DNA of 64,000 bases. It comes from Deltaproteobacteria bacterium HGW-Deltaproteobacteria-4 (GTDB lineage: Bacteria > Desulfobacterota > Desulfuromonadia > Desulfuromonadales > UBA2197). Positions within the stretch are counted from its first letter, which is position 1. Every line of letters begins with the position of its first letter. Below are positions 57,869-64,000 of the stretch, one piece after another. Position numbers and translations under genes: made by a program. Location of the stretch: contig PHAV01000002.1 in the NCBI GenBank assembly GCA_002841765.1, forward strand, positions 201,604-265,603, written 5' to 3'. The notes beneath the pieces are model-generated. The model had not been told where the DNA came from, did no database searches, and was given only the letters and a program-made list of their open reading frames with translations.

Positions 57869-59119
57869 ATGTCTGACCGTCTGAAGCAATTTGATCCGCA
57901 GATCGACGCGGCGATCCATCACGAGACCGAGCGCCAGGAGCACAACCTTGAATTTATCGCTTCAGAGAATTTTGTCAGCGAAAATGTTCTGGAAGCACAA
58001 GGTTCAGTCCTGACCAATAAATATGCGGAAGGCTACCCCGGAAAGCGTTACTATGGGGGTTGCGATATCGTTGATATCGCAGAGAATCTGGCGATCGACC
58101 GGGCCAAGGAGCTCTTCGGTGCCGAGCATGCCAATGTCCAGCCCCATTCCGGTTCGCAGGCAAACATGGCTGTCTATTTCGCCGAGTGTCAGCCCGGTGC
58201 AACGATCCTCGGGATGAATCTGGCGCATGGCGGGCATTTGACTCACGGCTCTCCGGTCAACTTTTCCGGAAAACTTTTTAACGTCGTCCCCTACGGGGTC
58301 AAGCGTGAAACCGGCCGGATCGATTACGACGAAGTGGAGGCTCTCGCTAAGGAGCATCGGCCGAAGATGATCGTTGTCGGCGCGAGCGCTTATCCGCGCG
58401 CCATCGATTTCAAAGCTTTCCGTCAGGTCGCCGATCAGGTCGGGGCGGTGGTTATGGTCGATATGGCCCATATCTCCGGACTCGTTGCCGCTGGCGTTCA
58501 CGCCAATCCGGTCCCGGATGCCGAGTATGTGACCACGACCACTCACAAGACCTTGCGCGGCCCGCGCGGCGGCATGATCCTGTGCCGGGAAGAGTTTGCC
58601 AAGAAACTCAACAGCAACATCTTCCCGGGGATTCAGGGCGGACCGTTGATGCACGTCATCGCCGCCAAGGCCGTGGCCTTCAAGGAAGCGTTGCAGCCGG
58701 AGTTTAAGCTTTATGCGCAGCAGGTGGTGAAGAATGCCCAGGCTTTGGCCGGAGCGCTGATGGAGCGAGGTTTCAACCTTGTCTCCGGCGGCACCGATAA
58801 CCATCTCATGCTTGTCGATCTCTCCGGCACCGAACTGACCGGCAAACTTGCCGAAGCGACTCTTGAACTTGCCGGCATTACGGTCAACAAAAATGCTGTC
58901 CCCTTTGATACGCGTTCGCCCTTTGTCACCAGCGGCTTCCGCATCGGGACGCCGGCGACCACGACCCGCGGTCTGCAGGAGAAGGATATGCTGCTGGTTG
59001 CAGGCTGGATCGATCGGGCGCTTAAAGGCCACGATCAGCCGGAGCTTTTGGCCCGAATCCGCGGCGAAGTACAGGATCTCTGTCAGTCCTACCCCCTTTA
59101 CGCGCATCGCCTCAAGTAG
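57869..59119 (+). CDS. glyA: Serine hydroxymethyltransferase
   Basis: [41 protein letters not shown]. Confidence 0.98.
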   Translation: MSDRLKQFDPQIDAAIHHETERQEHNLEFIASENFVSENVLEAQGSVLTNKYAEGYPGKRYYGGCDIVDIAENLAIDRAKELFGAEHANVQPHSGSQANMAVYFAECQPGATILGMNLAHGGHLTHGSPVNFSGKLFNVVPYGVKRETGRIDYDEVEALAKEHRPKMIVVGASAYPRAIDFKAFRQVADQVGAVVMVDMAHISGLVAAGVHANPVPDAEYVTTTTHKTLRGPRGGMILCREEFAKKLNSNIFPGIQGGPLMHVIAAKAVAFKEALQPEFKLYAQQVVKNAQALAGALMERGFNLVSGGTDNHLMLVDLSGTELTGKLAEATLELAGITVNKNAVPFDTRSPFVTSGFRIGTPATTTRGLQEKDMLLVAGWIDRALKGHDQPELLARIRGEVQDLCQSYPLYAHRLK

Positions 59120-59126
59120 GGTGACG

Positions 59127-59582
59127 ATGAATCGCCCGTCCTGGGATGAATATTTTATGGAGATTGCCCGGCTGGTGGCGAGCCGGTCGACCTGTCTGCG
59201 ACGTCAGGTCGGGGCGGTGATGGTCAAGGACAAGAATATCCTGGCCACCGGCTACAACGGCACCCCCTCGGGGATCCGCCACTGTTCGGAAGTCGGCTGT
59301 CTGCGGCAGCAGATGAATGTCCCCTCCGGCGAGCGCCACGAACTCTGCCGCGGTCTCCATGCTGAACAGAATGCCATTATTCAGGCGGCCAAACATGGTG
59401 TCAACATCGACGGTGCTGTGCTGTATTGCACCCATTCGCCCTGTATCATCTGCAGCAAGATGCTGATCAATTCGGGAGTCAAACGGATCGTCTGCACCGA
59501 TGGCTATCCCGATCCCTTGGCAAAAGCGATGCTCGACGAAGCCGGATTGATTGTCGAGAATATGGAAGTGAAAGAACCATGA
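59127..59582 (+). CDS. dCMP/cytidine deaminase family protein (ComEB-like)
   Basis: [30 protein letters not shown]; ATG 59127. Confidence 0.92.
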   Translation: MNRPSWDEYFMEIARLVASRSTCLRRQVGAVMVKDKNILATGYNGTPSGIRHCSEVGCLRQQMNVPSGERHELCRGLHAEQNAIIQAAKHGVNIDGAVLYCTHSPCIICSKMLINSGVKRIVCTDGYPDPLAKAMLDEAGLIVENMEVKEP

Positions 59583-60052
59583 AGTGTCCCTTTTGCGCTT
59601 ATACTGACACCAAAGTCATCGACTCGCGGTTGGGAAAAGAGGGGAATAATATCCGCCGGCGTCGTGAGTGTGTCGAGTGCGAACGGCGCTTTACCACCTA
59701 TGAACGTGTTGAGGAGGTGCAACCCCTGGTCGTCAAGAAGGATGGCCGACGCCAGCCCTTTGACCGGGTAAAGATTTTGGCCGGTATCCAGCGTGCCTGT
59801 GAAAAGCGGCCGGTGTCGAGTGAGGCGATCGAGAAGGTTATCGATCGCCTTGAACTCTCCTTTCTCGAGAGTGGTGAGCGGGAGATCGAATCGAGCCGGA
59901 TCGGTGAAGCGGTTATGGCGGCTTTACGCAATCTCGACGAGGTGGCTTATGTCCGCTTTGCTTCGGTCTACCGTCAGTTCAAGGATATCAACGAGTTTAT
60001 GAGCGAACTCAAGGAGATCCTTGCCAAAGGTGAAGGGCATAACGGTGGCTGA
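59579..60052 (+). CDS. nrdR: Transcriptional repressor NrdR
   Basis: [26 protein letters not shown] cone, AYVRFASVY; ATG 59579. Confidence 0.97.
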   Translation: MKCPFCAYTDTKVIDSRLGKEGNNIRRRRECVECERRFTTYERVEEVQPLVVKKDGRRQPFDRVKILAGIQRACEKRPVSSEAIEKVIDRLELSFLESGEREIESSRIGEAVMAALRNLDEVAYVRFASVYRQFKDINEFMSELKEILAKGEGHNGG

Positions 60053-61178
60053 CGCTGCTGTTGTTGCTTTGCAGGGCGAGGACGAGCGCTATATGCGCCG
60101 CGCCCTTGAGCTGGCGCGCCAGGCTGAGGGGCGCACTGCGCCGAATCCGGCGGTCGGGGCAGTGATTGTTCGGGACGGCGTCATTGTCGGTGCAGGATTC
60201 CATCCTGCTGCCGGAGAGCCGCACGCCGAGATCTTTGCCCTGCGTCAGGCCGGGCTCGCGGCACAGGGAGCCACGCTTTATGTCACCCTGGAACCCTGCT
60301 GTCATCGCGGCCGGACCGGGCCCTGTGCGACGGCTGTCATTGCTGCCGGTATCGTCCGGGTGGTGGCGGGGTGTCGCGATCCCAATCCCCAGGTCTCCGG
60401 TGGCGGTTTTGCCCAGTTGCAGGGAGCCGGGATTGAGGTGCTGAGCGGTATTCTCGAAGATGAGTGTCGGCGCCTTATTGCTCCTTTTGCCAAACATATT
60501 CGCACCGGACGACCCTATGTTACCCTGAAAGCCGGGATGACCATCGACGGCGCCGTTGCCACCGCCCGTGGCGAGTCGCAATGGATCACCGGCGCCGAGA
60601 GTCGGGCTGCTGTCCATCATCTGCGCAATACCCATGATGCGATCATGGTCGGGATCGGGACGGTTTTAGCTGATAATCCCCGGCTCACCACCCGTCTGGA
60701 TCAAGGGGAGGGCAAGAATCCCTTGCGGGTTGTTGTCGACAGCACCCTGCGGACACCGTCATCGTCGTCTTTGCTGGCACAAGCAGGAAGGACCCTGATC
60801 CTGACCAGCGCCTCCGCCAGCTCTGCCGATGCGGAGCGCTTGCGGTCAGAGCAGGTCGAGATCCTCCGCGTCCCCGGTCATCCCGGAGCGATCGATCTTG
60901 CCGAGGCCATGCGCCAACTCGGGGCGCGCGGCATCCAGAGCATCCTTCTCGAAGGGGGAGGGAGGCTCCATCATGGCGCCCTGCACGCCGGGATTGTTGA
61001 TCGCCTTTGCGTCTTTGTCGCGCCGCTGCTCCTTGGCGGGAATGGCCTTCCCGTCTTTTGTGGTCCAGGCGTTAGTAATCTGAAGGACGCCTTTCGCCTG
61101 CGGCAACTGCACGTCGAACGTTATGGCGACGACCTGCTGCTGCATGGAGAGCTGGAGTCATCATGTTTACCGGATTAA
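60045..61178 (+). CDS. ribD: Bifunctional riboflavin deaminase/reductase RibD
   Basis: [36 protein letters not shown]; GTG 60045 preferred. Confidence 0.96.
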   Translation: MADAAVVALQGEDERYMRRALELARQAEGRTAPNPAVGAVIVRDGVIVGAGFHPAAGEPHAEIFALRQAGLAAQGATLYVTLEPCCHRGRTGPCATAVIAAGIVRVVAGCRDPNPQVSGGGFAQLQGAGIEVLSGILEDECRRLIAPFAKHIRTGRPYVTLKAGMTIDGAVATARGESQWITGAESRAAVHHLRNTHDAIMVGIGTVLADNPRLTTRLDQGEGKNPLRVVVDSTLRTPSSSSLLAQAGRTLILTSASASSADAERLRSEQVEILRVPGHPGAIDLAEAMRQLGARGIQSILLEGGGRLHHGALHAGIVDRLCVFVAPLLLGGNGLPVFCGPGVSNLKDAFRLRQLHVERYGDDLLLHGELESSCLPD

Positions 61179-61819
61179 TTGAAAGTATTGGCGTTGTCCG
61201 CTCTTTGCGCCGTACCGCCGGGAGCGGTATTCTCAGCGTCTCTGCCCCTTTTGCCGATGATTCCTATCTCCTCGGTGAAAGTATTGCGGTCAACGGAGCC
61301 TGTCTCACTGTTGTTGCTTTCGGTGCTGGCGGCTTCCAAGCCGACGTCTCACCGGAGACCCTGAATTGTACGACTCTGGTCACCGTTAAGGCGGGACAGC
61401 AGGTCAATCTTGAGCGGGCCCTGCGGCTTGGCGATCGTCTCGGCGGGCACATTGTCAGCGGCCATATCGATACCGTTGCCACTCTGGCTGACCTCCGTAA
61501 CGATGGCAATGCGCAGCGTATGACCTTTGCCCTGGATCCTGTTTGCAATCGTTTTCTCGTTGAAAAGGGGTCGGTGGCGATTGACGGCATCAGTCTGACC
61601 GTTAACAGTGTCGATGTTGACAGCTTCTCTGTCGCCATTATCCCCCATAGCCTGCAGAACACCACGCTGGCAATGATGAAGATCGGCCAACGGGTCAATA
61701 TTGAAACCGACCTGATCGCCAAATATGTGCTGCGGCTCTTCCCGGGAGGGCGTGAAACGACGCCTGCCGACCGTCCGGCACTGAGTCTGGACTTTCTTGC
61801 CAAGCACGGTTTTCTGTGA
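61163..61819 (+). CDS. ribE: Riboflavin synthase (alpha chain)
   Basis: [34 protein letters not shown]. Confidence 0.97.
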   Translation: MFTGLIESIGVVRSLRRTAGSGILSVSAPFADDSYLLGESIAVNGACLTVVAFGAGGFQADVSPETLNCTTLVTVKAGQQVNLERALRLGDRLGGHIVSGHIDTVATLADLRNDGNAQRMTFALDPVCNRFLVEKGSVAIDGISLTVNSVDVDSFSVAIIPHSLQNTTLAMMKIGQRVNIETDLIAKYVLRLFPGGRETTPADRPALSLDFLAKHGFL

Positions 61820-61887
61820 GATAGTTCCACCTCTTTGCGGGCAGGCAGTGTGCCCTGTGCCCATTCTCCTCTAGAAAGTGACGGTTT

Positions 61888-63090
61888 ATGCCGATTGCAA
61901 AGATCGAAGCAGCGTTAGAAGATATTCGTAATGGCAAGATGGTGATTCTCGTCGATGACGAGGATCGGGAAAACGAAGGCGATCTGGCCATGGCCGCTGA
62001 GTTGGTCACGCCGGAAGCAATCAACTTCATGGCCAAGGAAGGACGCGGCTTGATCTGTCTGACTTTGACGGAGGATCGGGCTGACTTTCTCGATTTGCCG
62101 CTGATGGTCCGCGATAATACCTCCTCTTTCGGTACCGCCTTTACCGTCTCCATCGAAGCCCGTAAAGGGGTGACCACCGGCATCTCTGCGGCGGATCGCG
62201 CCCAGACCATACGTGTTGCTATTGCTGATGAGTCGACCGCCGCCGATCTGGCGCGGCCCGGCCACATCTTCCCGCTGCGCGCCAAAAAAGGCGGGGTGAT
62301 GGTCCGCACCGGTCAGACTGAAGGATCGGTCGATCTTGCTCGTATTGCCGGTTTGAAACCGGCCGGAGTGATCTGCGAAATCATGAACGATGACGGGACC
62401 ATGTCCCGCTTGGCAGAGTTGACGAGCTTTGCCGCGCGCCACGATCTCAAGATTGTGACGATTGCCGATCTTGTCGCTTACCGGATGCGTAAAGAGCTGC
62501 TGGTACGGCGGGTTGCACAAACGATTCTGCCGACGGCTTTTGGTGATTTTACGGCAATTGTTTATGATAATGATGTTGATGATGCCGAGCATGTGGCGCT
62601 GGTCAAGGGGGTAATCGATCCGAATCAGCCGGTTCTGGTGCGTGTCCATTCGGAATGCCTGACCGGTGATGTCTTTGGTTCGCAGCGTTGCGATTGCGGC
62701 GAACAGCTTCATAATGCCATGGCGCAGGTTGAGGCGGAAGGGAATGGTGTGATCCTTTATATGCGACAGGAAGGCCGCGGCATCGGTCTTGTTAACAAAC
62801 TCAAGGCCTACGCTCTGCAGGACAAGGGAAAGGATACGGTCGAAGCGAACGAAGCCCTGGGCTTTAATGCCGATCTCCGTGATTACGGCATCGGCGCGCA
62901 GATTCTTGCTGAACTCGGGGTGAAAAAGATCCGGCTCATGACCAATAACCCGAAGAAGATCGTCGGCTTGCAAGGCTACGGTATCGAAATTGTCGAGCGG
63001 GTTTCCATTCAGGTTCCATCCACCTGCACTAATCGCCGCTATCTACAAACCAAACGGGAAAAGATGGGGCATCTTCTTGAAAACATTTAA
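61888..63090 (+). CDS. ribBA: Bifunctional DHBP synthase / GTP cyclohydrolase II
   Basis: [44 protein letters not shown]. Confidence 0.97.
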   Translation: MPIAKIEAALEDIRNGKMVILVDDEDRENEGDLAMAAELVTPEAINFMAKEGRGLICLTLTEDRADFLDLPLMVRDNTSSFGTAFTVSIEARKGVTTGISAADRAQTIRVAIADESTAADLARPGHIFPLRAKKGGVMVRTGQTEGSVDLARIAGLKPAGVICEIMNDDGTMSRLAELTSFAARHDLKIVTIADLVAYRMRKELLVRRVAQTILPTAFGDFTAIVYDNDVDDAEHVALVKGVIDPNQPVLVRVHSECLTGDVFGSQRCDCGEQLHNAMAQVEAEGNGVILYMRQEGRGIGLVNKLKAYALQDKGKDTVEANEALGFNADLRDYGIGAQILAELGVKKIRLMTNNPKKIVGLQGYGIEIVERVSIQVPSTCTNRRYLQTKREKMGHLLENI

Positions 63091-63108
63091 GCTTAAGGGA
63101 GTGTGACC

Positions 63109-63573
63109 ATGAACAGAACTTTGGAAGGGAAGCTGGACGGTTCCGGATTGCGTTTCGCCATCATCGTCAGCCGTTTCAACAGCTTTATCGGAGAGCGTTT
63201 GGTTGAAGGTGCCCTTGATGCGCTGCATCGTCACGGCACTGATCCGACGTCGATTACCACTGTGCGCGTCCCCGGGGCCTTTGAAATTCCCTTGGTGGCG
63301 AAACGGTTGGCGGCCACCGGCGAGTACGATGCCTTGATCTGCCTTGGTGCGGTCATTCGTGGTGCGACCCCGCACTTTGATTACGTCGCTTCCGAGGTCT
63401 CGAAAGGGATTGCCACGGTCAGTCTCGAAAGTGGGCTGCCGATCGCTTTCGGGATCCTGACGACCGAGACGATTGAGCAGGCGATTGAGCGGGCCGGGAC
63501 CAAGGCCGGGAACAAGGGCTTTGATGCCGCTGTCTCTGTCATTGAGATGGTCAACTTGTTAAAGGCGATCTAG
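63109..63573 (+). CDS. ribH: 6,7-dimethyl-8-ribityllumazine synthase
   Basis: [36 protein letters not shown]. Confidence 0.97.
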   Translation: MNRTLEGKLDGSGLRFAIIVSRFNSFIGERLVEGALDALHRHGTDPTSITTVRVPGAFEIPLVAKRLAATGEYDALICLGAVIRGATPHFDYVASEVSKGIATVSLESGLPIAFGILTTETIEQAIERAGTKAGNKGFDAAVSVIEMVNLLKAI

Positions 63574-63577
63574 GCAT

Positions 63578-64000
63578 ATGGGCGCAGGAAGTAGACGGCA
63601 GGGGCGGGAGATTGCCCTGAAGATGATTTACAGCCTCTTTGACCAGGACCAGTCGCTGCAAATTGCGCTTGACGATTTCTGGCGGGCTTTCCGTTTTCGT
63701 GACGATATCCTTGGAGACGCTCTTGAAGAAGCCGATCAGAGCGTGTCGCCCGAGGTGCGGGCCTTTGCCGAGGAGTTGGTGCGGGGCGTTTATGATCAAC
63801 TCGAAACGATCGACGAGACTCTGCATTCTTATTCGACCAACTGGTCGCTGGAGCGCATGGCGCGCGTTGATCTCGCCCTGCTGCGGCTGAGTGCCTACGA
63901 GTTGATGTATCGCCATGATATTCCAGTTAATGTCATTATTAATGAAGCGGTGGAGATCGGCAAACGTTACGGCACCAAAGAGACCCCCGCATTTATTAAC
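63578..64000 (+). CDS. nusB: Transcription antitermination factor NusB, 3'-truncated by window edge
   Basis: MGAGSRRQGREIALKMIYS..NWSLERMARVDLALLRL..VIINEAVEIGKRYGTKETPAFIN; not in the ORF track because it has no stop within the window. Confidence 0.95.
   Translation, partial: MGAGSRRQGREIALKMIYSLFDQDQSLQIALDDFWRAFRFRDDILGDALEEADQSVSPEVRAFAEELVRGVYDQLETIDETLHSYSTNWSLERMARVDLALLRLSAYELMYRHDIPVNVIINEAVEIGKRYGTKETPAFIN

Noticed and set aside
4800-60044. Longest-ORF starts in the track (e.g. 4800, 12605, 22697, 26017, 33729, 40815, 49899, 51844, 56034, 58848, 59426, 60021)
   Set aside because: They overlap upstream genes or lack an RBS. Downstream starts with SD motifs or stop/start coupling were used instead.
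59900-61900. FMN riboswitch or NrdR box associated with the rib operon
   Set aside because: nrdR, ribD and ribE overlap with no leader space, and no RFN motif or NrdR-box palindrome was recognised. The gene order is the conserved proteobacterial one.

Overview
A 64 kb bacterial window, most likely from a Desulfuromonadales/Geobacter-like deltaproteobacterium. This is inferred from a PxxKW protein, an OmpB-like multicopper oxidase and the rpmF-plsX-fab-rpiB-glyA-nrdR-rib-nusB gene order. Layout: (1) 1-3.8 kb: core genes (DUF512, TPR, PxxKW, phosphohexomutase). (2) 4.0-40.8 kb: a Wzx/Wzy-type capsule/EPS locus (PHP phosphatase, wza, wzc, nucleotide-sugar dehydrogenase, wzx, nine glycosyltransferases, Wzy-like protein, DegT aminotransferase, WcaF acetyltransferase, WecA-like transferase) with two insertions. 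The first, at 10.2-19.7 kb, is a copper-redox module: SCO chaperone, a heme-c/periplasmic-binding-protein fusion and a ~2370 aa secreted multicopper oxidase with Ig/PKD/Fn3 domains and six Cys-capped C-terminal repeats. The second, at 34.7-39.0 kb, is a dense array of five toxin-antitoxin(-like) pairs plus gene remnants, punctuated by two families of short non-coding repeats. One of these repeat families also lies at 9.7 kb, so it brackets the whole 29 kb variable block. (3) 40.9-64 kb: housekeeping genes (tex, mscS, dsbC, fabI, hflX, mltD, SH3 lipoprotein/M48 peptidase, yceD, rpmF, fatty-acid synthesis, rpiB, glyA, deaminase, nrdR, riboflavin operon, nusB). No tRNA, rRNA, CRISPR array, integrase or transposase was recognised. 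All family assignments come from motif recognition by eye; no database search was run.
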